The notes under the pieces: model-generated
The model's input: the letters and a program-made list of their open reading frames with translations, nothing else
The model's database searches: none
Told to the model about the DNA's origin: nothing
Source of the DNA: the human T2T-CHM13v2.0 reference genome, Homo sapiens
Length of the DNA: 64,000 nucleotides
Strand: one strand, 5' to 3'
NCBI RefSeq assembly: GCF_009914755.1
Contig: NC_060936.1
Position numbers and translations under genes: made by a program
In this document: positions 27,800-45,279 of the stretch, piece by piece
Layout: the number at the start of each line of letters is the position of its first letter
Position numbering within the stretch: position 1 is the first letter of the stretch

Positions 27800-31640
<3,841 letters not shown>

Positions 31641-31730
31641 CTCAAGTGGGTCCCTGACCCCTGACCCCCGAGCAGCCTAACTGGGAGGCACTGCCCAGTA
31701 GGGGCAGACTGACACCTCACACGGCCGGGT

Positions 31731-31863
31731 ACTCCTCTGAGACAATACTTCCGGAGGAATGATCAGACAGCAGCATTCGCGGTTCACAAAAATCCACTGT
31801 TCTGCAGCCACCGCTGCTGATACCCAGGCAAATAGGGTCTGGAGTGGACCTCTAGCAAACTCC
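31731..31863 (+). promoter_or_regulatory. ~129-bp L1 5'UTR segment carrying the KRAB-ZNF93 site
   Basis: Segment between actcc repeats (31731 and 31859) containing gcagccaccgctgctg; absent from L1PA2/L1HS. Confidence 0.75.
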
Positions 31864-31988
31864 AACAGACCTGCAGCTGAGAGTCCTGTCTGTTAGAAGG
31901 AAAACTAACAAACAGAAAGGACATCCACACCAAAAACCCATCTGTACATCACCGTCATCAAAGACCAAAAGTAGATAAAACCACAAAG

Positions 31989-33005
31989 ATGGGGAGAAAA
32001 CAGAGCAGAAAACCTGGAAACTCTAAAAAGCAGAGCGCCTCTCCTCCTCCAAAGGAATGCAGTTCCTCACCAGCAACAGAGCAAAGCTGTACGGAGAATG
32101 ACTTTGATGAGCTGAGCGAAGAAGGCTTCAGATGATCAAACTACTCCGAGCTACAGGAGGAAATTCAAACCAAAGGCAAAGAAGTTAAAAACTTTGAAAA
32201 AAATTTAGACGAATGTATAACTAGAATAACCAATACAGAGGAATGCTTAAAGGAGCTGATGGAGCTGAAAGCCAAGGCTCGAGAACTACGTGAAGAATGC
32301 AGAAGCCTCAGGAGCTGATGCGATCAACTGGAAGAAAGGGTATCAGTGATGGAAGATGAAATGAATGAAATGAAGCGAGAAGGGAAGTTTAGAGAAAAAA
32401 GAATAAAAAGAAATGAACAAAGCCTCCAAGAAATATGGGACTATATGAAAAGTCCAAATCTACATCTGATTGGTGTACCTGAAAGTGACGGGGAGAATGG
32501 AACCAAGTTGGAAAACACTCTGCAGGATATTATCCAGGAGAACTTCCCCAATCTAGCAAGGCAGGCCAACATTCAGATTCAGAAAATATAGAGAATGCCA
32601 CAAAGATACTCCTCGAGAAGAGCAACTCCAAGATACATAATTGTCAGATTCACCAAAGTTGAAATGAAGGAAAAAATGTTAAGGGCAGCCAGAGAGAAAG
32701 GTTGGGTTACCCAGAAAGGGAAGCCCATCAGACTAACAGCTGATCTCTCAGCAGAAACTCTACAAGCCAGAAGAGAGTGGGGGCCAATATTCAACATTCT
32801 TAAAGAAAAGAATTTTCAACCCAGAATTTCGTATCCAGCCAAACTAAGCTTCATAAGTGAAGGAGAAATAAAATACTTTACAGACAAGGAAATGCTGAGA
32901 GATTTTGTCACCACCAGGTCTGCCCTAAAGGAGCTCCTGAATGAAGCACTAAACATGGAAAGGAACAACCGGTACCAGCCACTGCAAAATCATGCCAAAT
33001 TGTAA
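31989..33005 (+). pseudogene. L1 ORF1 pseudogene
   Basis: ATG at 31989 to TAA at 33005 is 1017 nt, the canonical ORF1 length; in-frame stops at 32133 (TGA), 32316 (TGA) and 32589 (TAG). Confidence 0.93.
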
Positions 33006-34950
33006 AGACCATCGAAGCTAGGAAGAAACGGCATCAACTAATGAGAGGGCACTTATTTAGTCCATTACTTCCATGAAGAGATTGTATTATGCCATTTGCC
33101 TGGAAGAGCCTCATTGTAAGACCTGGAAATCTCATGTGGAATGGCAGAAAATACTTAAAACTGAGACTCAATATTGAGTCTAGTCTCATCTAAACCTATT
33201 AAAATTTGAGTTTAGGCTCATTAGAATCTTCTAGGCTGGTATTGCAAACAAAGCAATTGGTCCTTTATAATTATTAGGTCCTTTAGGAAAATACATTTTC
33301 GATAGGCAGAATAGATATATAGACCACCACTTATCACCCAAGGCTTTGTTAAGAACAATTGTAAATCTTAACAATTATTTTTCACTAATGAAATGAGAAA
33401 ATGTGTATGGATCGACTAAACATATTGTATAGCATTGTGATTATCTCATGAAAAAGGCATAATAATATCTTACATCTGATTGCCTACACCCTAGTTTGGA
33501 GTCTGAAGAGTTTCTGGTCAGAGCTGATTATTAGAGGATTATGTTTCATTAGATCCTAACTGGAAAAATAAATACTTATATCTTAGCACCAGAATAATCC
33601 TCTACTGAGCCTTTTACAAAAAAAAAAAAAAAGTGATTTGGAAGCTCAGAAGGGCAGAAATCAGGGACATCATCAAATCCACAGAACATGACTCTTTTTG
33701 TTCCTGGTTAACATACTGCCTATCAAATAATATATGGAGTGACAGCTATGGTTGTCTTCTCCTAAAACCTCATTACCAGATAACAGTGAAGTATTAACAC
33801 ATATTATGCTTTAAGTGAAATCTAAGATTTGTGTGTATCAAAATTTTTGACACTATATATTGAAGATAACCTTTCAATATTATTTGTGATATCATTATGT
33901 ACACATGGAATTTTATAGATACACTATGTCTCAACCTTTTGCAATTATTATTATTTTGATAATTAAATTATCACAATCTGACTACTGTCAGATTGACCTT
34001 TCAATGTAGTTCTTGAGTTTCTTGACACAACCAGATTAAAATTCCTTGCTGTCGGCTAAAATAAGATGTGCCAGTATTACCCTGTATATTTCCTCCCCCA
34101 AACATGAAATTGACCATTGCTTCAAGTAGAAAGCCATGGTTCCTTTGAGTGGAAAATGATAATCTGAACCACAAGAGCATTATGTTAGGTTTATCCTGGT
34201 AAAATGACATCTCTGTAGTTGATTGTATTGTACAGAGCTAAAATTAATTCACATTATTTTAAAATCATTAACAAACACTGGTCTTTTCAATTTTGTTTCA
34301 AAATGACAGCACTCCTTCATTTCTTTGATTTTATACTGTATCTTTTGTTCTTTATGTGGAAATCCTGATTCTTAATAATATCAATATAATTTCTAATTTA
34401 TTTTATTCAGTGATCTGAAGTTAATTTTGAATAAGACCAGTATCATTATTAACAATATCATATTAATAACGTACTTATAAAACGGCAACATTCTGTCACA
34501 AAATGAATTCTTTTAAGGATATGTAATCAAGACAGTATTTTCTTAATTTTGCTCAGTGCATTTGTATATCACAGTATATAGTTTCTTTCATCATTTGCTT
34601 TATTTTCAGTTTGACAGTGCGGAGTGCCAAAAAAGTGAGTTTTAGATTTTGAAAAGAAGGTTATTTTCAGAGATTATTATTTGTGGAGGCAGTCTGAAGC
34701 TTCATAAAAATATTTGGGGCATATGTAGAGTGAGTGCTCCCAGTACAATTTGATATGGTAGGAAAATTGAAACAACTTAATATCCAAGGTCCTAGGCAAG
34801 AGTTTTATTTTAATCACTTGATAATAGCCAATTCATAACAGCATAAGGATATTTAAAAATTCACAGAACTGTTCTAAAATTAATTTTTCTATTTGGGGAT
34901 TCCTGCCCCAGCAGGGCAGTATAATTTTGAATTTGCTTTCATGTATTTTA

Positions 34951-35255
34951 TTATTTATTTATTTATGTATTTATTTATATTTTTAGAGACACAGTCTCAC
35001 TCTGTTACCCAGGCTGGAGTGCAGTGGCATAATCATAGTTCACTGCAGCGTCAAACCCGTAGGCTCAAGAATCCTACTGCCTCAGCCTCCCAAGTAGCAT
35101 GTGCCAACATACCTGGCTAATTAAAAAAAAGAAAAATCGTAGAGGTGGCATTTAACTATGTTGCATAGGCTAGTGTGAAGTTCTGGTCTCAAGCAGTCCT
35201 CCCACCTTGGCCTTCCAAATTGCTGGATTACAGATGTGAGCCACCACACCTGGCC
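34951..35255 (-). mobile_element. AluJ
   Basis: (TTTA)n tail and Alu dimer in reverse; TSD-like ttcatgtatttta / tttatgtatttta. Confidence 0.9.
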
Positions 35256-35679
35256 ACGTTTATGTATTTTAGATGCTTATCTTTACAATTTATTATGGGG
35301 ATTTTTTCCCCTACTCAGAATACAGAAGAAATGAACCTTTTTTTTCCTAAAGATTGGTATTCTTAAAACTTCCTTTTCTGGGAGCAACTTTTCTGTTGCC
35401 TGATTTATAGCATGAGGTATAAAACCTTGTTTCTAATTCTTCCATTACTATTACATTACCAGCTCTTTTTCTCAACAGTTTATATCAGATTATCATCTAT
35501 GGCATCAATTTGAGGGTTACATTTCTGATTTAAAAATTTCTCTAACCTTCCAAATGTATAAATCCACCCAGATTTGCTCAAACTAATCTGCCCTAAACCT
35601 CAACAACTTCATCACTGTAAAACTCTGGTTTCCCTCTCTGTAGCCTCACCACCTGTCTCATGTTCCTTCAGCTGGCCTA

Positions 35680-36096
35680 ATCTCTACTATGTCTGCCACA
35701 GTCTGAGTTAAGCCAGTGGCTCCTCCTCGTGTGTGTAGGATTTGACTTACCTGGCAGTTGCTTGAAGGGGACAGGTATCAAACCAGGAAATTCAAGGGAT
35801 CCAATGCTATGTGCTATGAGTTTAGGTAAGAAAGAAACCTCTGGCAGATAAATTTTTCTCACTTTATTTTTCCTACCACCCATCTGTCCCAAGTGGGGCA
35901 ATTCCACACAGCCTCCTTCAGAAAATACTGGGACTTAACAACTTGTTTTCTTATAACCGTGTGACTAGCTTAGTAAGACACAACAATGTATTTGTGTTTC
36001 CTCCTTCCTTGCCTCACTTTACTGACTCTTTCTGCCTTAATATTTATTTGTGATAAAGTCTTAGCATGTAAATTTGCCCTAAAACAGGCTAAAGCA
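35680..36096 (+). mobile_element. LTR16-like ERVL LTR
   Basis: ttcctccttccttgcctcactt...ataaagtcttagcatgtaaa...aggctaaagca; highly diverged. Confidence 0.45.
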
Positions 36097-37609
36097 GGAT
36101 TCCTTTCTGGCATCTACAAATTTATATATTATAAAATTATATTTACCTATAATAATTATGATTAGTGAAGACTGGTTTTCACCAGATCTGGTGTCGCATT
36201 GCTGTGAACGAAAGCTGATTTTGAGGGCAAGTTTGTGAGAAGTGGGCTCTTTTAGCAACCTGTCCCATAGATGCTGCAATGCCTAGCTGGTAGTATTTAG
36301 GCTAGATTCATCTTAAATGTAGTCATGGAGCCATAAGCAAATATAGAAGTCAATGTCCTAGGGCTTTTTATGGATAAAAGCTAGACAAATAAAGATGTTG
36401 CGTGTTATCTATTGAAATTGGCAGTTAAACCCCTAGAGCTGAGTTCCAAAGAAAACCAAAACAACAATAACAGAGAGGCAAAGGCCCTGAGGGGTTAATA
36501 ATTTTAGAAACAAGAATTAGTGGCACAACTAAATTGAAGATTTTCTGATTGAATTTTGGTGCCAGTGACCCTAACAAGTTTTGGGGCATTCCCAGTATTT
36601 GCTTGGTGAGTGGTTTAGCTTCATTCATACGAGAAGAAACAAAACAGGTTTGTTGAAAGAGTTTCTGTTTTACTTGAAAATACTTTTACTAACTACAATA
36701 AAAACACAAATATGATTACATTTTCAGGTTGTCTAAACTAATGTTGATCCCAGCCAATAGCAAGTGGTGTAGGAGCATCTAAAACTCATTGATTTGATAC
36801 TACAGAGACAGAGCAAGTATTGATTGACTGAATGTCCCTTTGCAAGGTGTTATTTTGCCATTAGGTAAACTAGATGTGATTGAATACATTAATCAAATAC
36901 GCATTTCAATGTTTTTAGATTTTCTGCATCCTACCACATTACAACATGGAAGTATAATATATTGAGAGGTCTACAGTTAATTGAAGAGCCACAGAATTGA
37001 GCAGAGTCATTGCAACTAAAATGGGAGAACTTGAGAAAACTGAGAACTCATTACCTGCAACAGTAACAATGATAGCATCATTACTTAATGATATAAATAT
37101 TTTATTGTATTTACAGCTAGTTCATTTCCCCTGTCAATCAGGTCTTTGTTCATCATTGTTTTCCCTTCTTTTCTCAGCAGTAAATGGAAGTTATTCTTAT
37201 TTTCTAATGAAAACATTTGGGGAGAGGGGACATAACTTAGATTACTATTCTCAGCATCTCCTCTCCTACCTCAAAATATGTATGGAAGCATTCTTTCCAA
37301 AAAAGGCATTTTTCTTTTTAAGAGGATTTTTGGTTCTTCCCTACATTATGTCATTAACTTTTTCTACAGTCTTGGAGTGTAGCTGTTATTATGCTGTTTA
37401 TTACAAGAGGAAACAAAATAAAATAGTGTGAGGTAATGTTTTGCAAGTTTTCATAGCTGAATAAAAGATACAATTGAAACCATATAAAGCACTTCTAATA
37501 TTTCCCATTATCCTGAATTTCTTGTCTTCATATAGTATTCTTCATTTTAAAATAGTCTTCCTTTTTATAAAGAACAAAAATACTAAATATGTGTTTGATA
37601 TAATATAAA

Positions 37610-37887
37610 AATTATAACTACCATTATCAAACACTGGTGTATGTCAAATACTGTGTAATCCATTTTCCATCTATTACCTCAATCAATTTTGGCAACAACT
37701 GCTTAGTATATATTTTTATTATTATTCCCCTTTGACTTGTGCATTTATCCTCTATTTAGAAGAATCTGAGCCTTACAGAGATGGAATAATATGCTTGAGA
37801 TTGTACCCTAGTACACTGCCAAACTAGGATAGTTCAAACCCCCGTCTGCAAGCAAACCTGCAATCCTAATCACAATACCATATTGCC
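37610..37887 (-). mobile_element. MIR
   Basis: attattcccc...gaatctgagcc..agagatggaataatatgcttgag...caccatattgcc-like end. Confidence 0.6.
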
Positions 37888-38744
37888 ACAGTTTCACCTT
37901 TGTTGACTGACATAAAAATTTGGATTGCTTTGCAAAGTCCTGAATAGCAAGAAAGACTCTTACATTTGTTTTTACACTTCACTTACTAACACGGTAGGTT
38001 TATGATGAATATTCATTTACTTAAAGAATAAATGAATTTGTTTAAAAATGTTTCAAACATCTAAATGTTCTCATATATTTAAACCATGGCACTGCATAAA
38101 ATATCATCTGTTTTCCCTTTAGAATTTAAAAATTAAAGATAAAATAGAGCCTTTAAAAAATGTATTGTTCCTCATTTTGTTTTCATGTGCTTTTTTCTAC
38201 CTGGGGATTGTAAAATATAGAAACTCGCCCTTTCTCTTTTCTGAAATTCTGAATCAGAAGAAGCATAAACTATTACTTACTCTTTATAAAAGGAAATAAT
38301 GAATTCTTGATCAAAAATATGAAGTAATGCATCTCTGCCAGACAACATGTATTTCTAGTCACTCATAAAATATCAAAATAATCATTAAAGTATAACAATT
38401 TGAGTTTGAACATTTTACGTATTTTACCAAATTTGATATTTTCTAAAATCAAGTGAGGTAGGCAAGGCCAACATATCTTTTATTAACTTCGTACATAGAA
38501 AAGTTGAAGATTAGAGAATTTGCAATGGTTTCCTTACCCACGATTCAAATGTAGCATCCTTTTTTGCTTTTTCTCCTTCTTCTCTTCAAATTCATCCTCA
38601 TCCTTCTTTTCTTTTTTATTAGTGATACTAGACTAGTAATTTATATTGCTGTCATGCTAGACAGCACTAATAACTGATTATATTTGGCATATAAAATATA
38701 GCTTCCTTTTTTCTTTGTATTGAACCATAAGCACTACCTTCAAT

Positions 38745-39500
38745 CTTTTCAAATTTGTTAAGACTAGTTTTGTGAATTAATATATGATTTATTTTAAAGA
38801 ATGTTTCATGTGAGCTTGAGAACAAAGTGTATTGTGCTGCTGGTGGGTAGGATGTTCTGTATATGTCTGTTAGACCATTTGGCCTATAATACTGTTAAAG
38901 TCCACAATTTTCTTATTGATTTTCCATCCAGGTGATCTGTCTACTGTTGAAAGTGTAGTGAAGTACCCTCCTCTTACTGAATTGCAGTCTGTCTCACCCA
39001 TCTGATCTAATAAGATTTGCTTTATATATTTAGGTGCTCCAGTGTTGGATGCATATATATTACAACTTCTTAATGAATTTGACCTCTTTCTCATAATGAC
39101 TTTCTTTGTTTCTTTTTATAGTTTTACATTTAAAGTCTATTTTGTTTAAATATCTACCCCTGTTATCTTTTGGTCACCATTTGCCTAAAGTATCTTTCTC
39201 CGTCCCTTCACTCCCAATCTATGTGTGTCCTTAAGGTTAAAGTGTGTCTCTTGTAGGCACCGTATGTTGGATCTTTTAAAAATCCATTCAGCCACTCTGT
39301 GTCTTTTGATTGGAGAATTTAATCCATTTACATGTAAATTAATTATTGATAGGTAAGGATTTGCTAGTAATATTTTGTTACTTTTACAAACTGATCTGTA
39401 GTTATATTGTTCTTCTATTCCAATTTTGCTGTCTTTTTAATGTGTTGCATTTTATAGTTGTATGCTTTAATTATTTCTCTTTATCTTTTGTTTATTTACT
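38745..39500 (-). mobile_element. Old L1M fragment (ORF2 endonuclease region)
   Basis: ORF 38870-39094 NIYASNTGAPKYIKQIL matches the L1 EN motif. Confidence 0.85.
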
Positions 39501-40462
39501 AGGTTTTCATAACATTTATAGGAGTGGTTTATATGAGTGAAAACTCACATATATATATACATGAACACATATATACACATAGGGAAATAGTGTACATTAT
39601 AGTGTAATTCTCCTGTGTGTGCATGAAATGTGCCACTGTCTCAGTATAGATGCAAGTTTTAAATAGTTCAGACTAAGGAAGTAAACAAGTGGGGCCTCAT
39701 GTGTCCTCTTTTGATTGAGCTTTGCATCATTCAGTGTTGCTTTAAACTGCCTCATATACTCTTTTCTCAGTACTTTTCTGCCAGTTTTGCAGCAATATAA
39801 ATTTCCAGATGACAAAATCTGTTAGATGCTATAAAAACCAAACAAAGCAATGGTACTGAGGCTGGGTGAAATGAACATTTTTCTTTGAAACTGAGCACAC
39901 AGAGTGACTTCTAATAGTTCACCATGGACAGCATGAGCTCAGCTATACTGAAATGGTTCAAGAAGCCGGGAAATAATGTCTCTTAGTTTTAGCTGTCAAA
40001 GTATAATCAAATCACCCCAAGCTCACTTTATTTAATACTTTTTGAAAGTTTGTGGAGGCAACGTTCAGTAATAAGGCTTGACCAACATAACATAAAATTC
40101 TACATTCTGCTTTCAAAATATTGACCTTTTTTGCCTTAAGAAAAAATGTAGTGGTGGTTCTATAATTAAACTCTAAATAGGACAAATTAAATGACCTGCT
40201 TTGTGGTGCCCCAGAAGCTTGTAAGGTCTTGCACATGTTTCTCTGCTCCAAGCTGCTTCAGAGAATAAACTTCAGGTAGCACAGCTGGACTTCCTCTCTC
40301 AGGATCCATCATGCTCCTGATCCAACATCTTTCAAGAATTTGCAGGGGCACTTGCAAGAATATTTATAGCTATATTCATCCCCACATGCACCATACCCTA
40401 ATTATATGTGATCAGATTTCTCTTCTGTGAAAATAAGATTGGAAGGACCATGGTTATATGTG

Positions 40463-41026
40463 CAGTAATTCCCTCTTATCTGCATCTGCATATACACATA
40501 TGAGATATATATATATATATATAAATTAAGAACACTTTTTTGTATACATACATACCTATGACAGAGTTTAAATTATAACTTATAAATTAGGCATGGTAAG
40601 ATATTAACAACAATGATAATAAATAGAACAATTTATTATACAATTGTAACAATATGTCAGAACAATTATAACAATATGTCAGCATCACTAATCTTGCATT
40701 TTGAGGCCATTATGAGGTAAAGTAAGGGTTACTGAAGCACAGGCAGTTCAATACCACATCAGTCAATCTGATAACCCAGGTCATTACTAAGTGACTATAG
40801 GTAGGTAGCATATACAGTGTGGATACACTAGGCAAAGGGAGGATTTATGTCTAGGGCGGGATGGAGTGGGTGACATGAGATTTCATCATGTTGCTCAGAA
40901 TGATGCACAATTTAAAACTGAAGAAATGTTGATATCTGAAATATCTCATTTAATATTTGTGAAGCACAGTTGACCATGATTAACTGAAACACCAAAAGGT
41001 GAGACCGTGGATAAGGAGGACTATTG
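40463..41026 (+). mobile_element. MER44B-like (Tigger family) MITE
   Basis: TIRs cagtaattccctcttatc / ggataaggaggactattg|ta. Confidence 0.8.
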
Positions 41027-41597
41027 TATAATGCTCAAAATGTGCATATTTAGAAAAACTGATTTATTTATGATAAAGTATATTTAATATATTAAAAATA
41101 AAAATGACTAACAGATCAAATTGGATCATTTTCTGTTTTTGCTCAACCTTTTTGCCAAGTCTTTTTTGTCTGAAATATGCTGACTCCACTCTTTTTGGAG
41201 TAAAAATGTCCCTGTTATTTTCTTTGATCAACTAAATTTTTACTTTCTCTAAAAATGTTATTGACCTTGCCTTGAAGTACAGAGGTTGAATTTGCCTGAG
41301 TGTACCATGGCAATTTATTACTGGCAAAAATTATAATTAAATTCATATTTTTTTCTTTGGGCTTCTAATTAAATTAACACTAATTAAAGAAGTTATACTG
41401 CACTTGTTAAATTAAGACAATTCAGATTACAGTGATGACAATCAGCATTTTAAACTCAGTAGCAATGGCGACTTAAAATAGTAACCTTCAGTATTAAGCA
41501 TCCCATATTCCTGTGTGTTAGGAGGAGGCTATTCTTGGAGATAGCAATAAAATAATTTTTAAAGGGGCATCTATTTTTAATAGTACGATGCTGAATA

Positions 41598-41919
41598 CTG
41601 ACAAACCTCATTTTATTGCACTTTATTGTACTTTACAATTATTGTTTTTTACATATTGAAGATTTGTAGAAACTGCTTTGATCAAGTCTATTAGTACTAT
41701 TTTTCCAAAAGCATGTGCTTATTATATACCTCCATGTCAGCATGCTTTAGCAATACAATATTTTTAGTTAAGATGTATACATTTTTTAGACATGTTATTG
41801 CAAATTTAAAAGACTATAACATAATTTTTACATGCACTGGAAAACCAAAAATTTTGTGTAATTTGCTTTTTATTGTAGTGGTCTAGAACAGAACCTTCAA
41901 CATCCCTGAGGTGTTTCTG
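41598..41919 (+). mobile_element. Internally deleted Tigger1 derivative (MER37-like)
   Basis: Left and right parts match the two ends of the Tigger1 at 19746 and 26225. Confidence 0.8.
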
Positions 41920-42324
41920 TGTTTCTTAGACATAAAAGAATGTCTAAGAAGCATCAGAAATATTCTGTTGGCTACACAGGTTATGAGTTGTTATTGACTA
42001 TTAGTTTTCCAGATGGAACACAGCCCTGAATGCCAAAGTTCTGCACTTTGAGTATTTAGAAATAATTATTAGAAATAATAGGATTTAAAATCTATTATGC
42101 ATTTTCCCCAACTAATCTTATGCATAATTCACTTCAAAAAATATGTGCCCTTATTTTATCTACAAAAGACTATTAGTAGGAATCAAAATTATATCATAAA
42201 AATATTTCAAGGAAACACCCAATTATTATAATTTTTGTTAGTAGAAATTCAATTCAAAATCTGCAAAAGGGCTTTACTTGTAGATTTTTAATAAAATTAG
42301 ATGCTATTTTAAGAGCTTACAATA

Positions 42325-42590
42325 TATTTATCTATAAATATATACATATATTTATATTAAATATTTACATATGTCCAATAAAATTAAATATATATAATGT
42401 AGATATAATATATAGTATTTTATATTATATTTATATATTTCCAAGAAAATTAAATATATGTAATATATATTTTTATTCATCTATATTCCCCCAAAAATAA
42501 AGTATATATAAATATAAAAATATTACGTATGTATTTCCAATAAAATTAAAATAAATTTTTGAATATATGATTTTAAATATTCTCTATATT
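42325..42590. repeat. AT-rich degenerate minisatellite / low complexity
   Basis: Four units anchored on ccaa(t/g/a)aaa.t.aa at about 42375, 42441, 42491 and 42537. Confidence 0.7.
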
Positions 42591-45279
42591 AAAAAGTATG
42601 CTTTCAAAAGTTTTTAGAAATAACATTTTATTTGAAATATTTTCTGTAAACAAAAATAGAGTAATATCTTTGAAACAACAATGTTTTTAATAGTTTCGCA
42701 TGAGATAATTAAACTCAATTTAGCATAAAAGTTTTTGTATTCGTTTTGTATATTATTACAAAATATTACAAAATATTGAAAGCATTCTAGTACATTTTAA
42801 AAATTATGCTTTTAAAAATAAATAAATAAATTAATTAATTAATTAAATAAATCATGGGAATATGGCCATGGACATTGTGTCTGGAGACCTAAGTTCTGTT
42901 TCCACTCTTCAGTAATGAGTCAGGAAGCCTTTTGCAACTAGTGTATGGAAAAAGATGACAGAAAAAAGGTGGAGAAAAAATATTTTTAAATTTATACATT
43001 AAGTCCTCAACAGAACCCCAAACTGACCCAACATCACTCCTATGCTTGAACCAACTAGAATTAACTGTGAAAAGTTTGAGGAATGAGCTATAGTGTGGAA
43101 TACTGACCAGGTTTTACATTGGCTTCTGGGTAGCATGCAAGCATGGAAGACAAGAATAGCACAACAAAGACCAAAAATTAAATTGGCCTTTGAATCATAG
43201 CCCAAAAATGTGGGACAGAACATGTTCTCTGAAACCTAACAGATTTTTTTCCTGTGAAAATAGCAGATTTAAAGAGAAAACAATTTTCATAATACCTATA
43301 ATTTTCAGCATATAATTAGTAATTATATATTACACCAAGAACCAGAAAAATCTTAACTCATATGAGAAATGACAATTACCAGATGCCAAGACTGGTACAA
43401 AACAGATGTTAGAATATCCAACATGACTTTTAAGGCAGCTGTTATAAACATGCTTCCAATAACAATATAAAAAAAAAAAAAACCCTTAAACAAGTTAAAA
43501 AGAATAGGAAGTCTCAAAAAACATAGAAGAAGTAAAAAAGAAACAAATGGAAATTTCAAAACTAAAAAATATAATAATAGAAATAAAAGAAAACACTGGA
43601 TGGACTCAGTAACAACATGTAGATGACAGAGGAAAAATAAGCAGTGGACTTGAAGATAAATCAATAGAAATGATCCAATTGAAGCAAAAGAAAAAAAAAT
43701 ATATTTTAAAAAATAAACTCAGACCCAGATACCAGTGGGACATTAAAAATTATTTATTTTTCATTTCATTGGCATCTTAGATGAAGAGACAGAGTGTGGA
43801 AAAAGCATTTAGAGAAATAATAGCTGAAAACTTCCCAAATTTAGCAAGAGCCATAAGCTTACAGATTGAAGAAGCTGAGCACCTCTAAAAGAATAAATTT
43901 GAAGAAATACGCACTATGATAATCACATTTTTTAAAATGAAATGGGAAAAATAATTATTGAAAGCAGCCAGAGAGAATATATTATCTATGAAAAAATTAT
44001 TAAAATGACAGCTGATTTCTGGTCAAAAATTATGGAGAAAAGAAAAAAGTAGCACATTGTTTAAGTGCTGCAAGAAATGTGTAGTCAAAATTCTGTAGCC
44101 AGTGAAAATATTCTTCGGGAATAAAGGTTAATATAAAGACATTCTCAGGTAAAAGAAAATTAAGAAAATTTGTCACTAGCATACATGCCTTAAGTAAACT
44201 GGTAAAGAAAATTCTTCCAACAGAGAGAGAAAGCTAAAAAGTAGAAACTATAAAAATCAGAAATGAAAAAAGAGGAAAAAAGAATAAATACATGAGTAAA
44301 TATGATACACTATTCTCCTTTAGAATTTTTAAAAATAGATTTCACCAAAAATTAAAATATATTTTAATTTTTAAAACTATTTTTTCACCAAAAAAAAAAT
44401 ATTAACTGTGTTTAATGTTGTTCTCAGTGTTTGTAAAGGAAAGATTTAATACAATTCAATACAATTATACTATAAAAGGGTGAGGGCAAAAGGACCTAAA
44501 TGGTAATAAAATTTCTATATTCCACTTAAACCAGCAACATGTTGACACTGACAGACTAGAATAAGTAATGTATGTTGAAATCCCAAGAGGATACAATAAA
44601 AACAAACAAAATAAATGTACTCAAAATCACTACAGAAAAATCAAAGCAAACTTAAAAAAAATGTTCAAGTAACTCTAGAAAGGCAGAAGAGAGAAGAAAA
44701 TAGAAAAAAAAAGAGGAGAGAGCAAATAAAATGGAAGGCCTACATTCTAATATATCAATAATCACATTAAACATAATTAAACATAGAATATCATTTAAGA
44801 TTTCCCAAAGGTAAAAAGAAATAAAAAGAAAAAATCTCTAAAAATGAATACAAGGGTATCATAAACATCAAATTCACATTAACTACAAATGTCTAAATAC
44901 ACCAAGGAAAATATAAGAATTTAAATATTAGATAAAATAAAACATGGCCCAATTATATTCTGTTTAAAAGAAACTTATTTTAAAATAAATAAATAGATAA
45001 GTTACAAGTGAAAAGAAGGGAAATATAAACTATGCAAACACTAATTCAAGAAAGCTAAAGTGGCTATATCAACATCAAATAAACAAAACTTTAGTGCTAG
45101 GGAAATTAAAATTACGAGAAAAATAGAGGGTAATTACATAATGATAAAAACCGCAATTCATCAATTTATGAAGAAGACATACAAATTCTAAACGCATATC
45201 AACCAAAAAGGGGCAAAAATGGACAGAACTAAAAGAATAAATAAATAAATGCACAATGCTAGTTACAAATTTCAACACC

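Noticed and set aside
36997-37431. 144-aa ORF in non-repeat DNA
   Set aside because: TTG start, low-complexity L/F/S composition, no recognisable domain or splice structure.
39921-39986. ACCATGG Kozak start with a 20-codon micro-ORF
   Set aside because: Expected by chance in 64 kb; no promoter or conservation evidence available.
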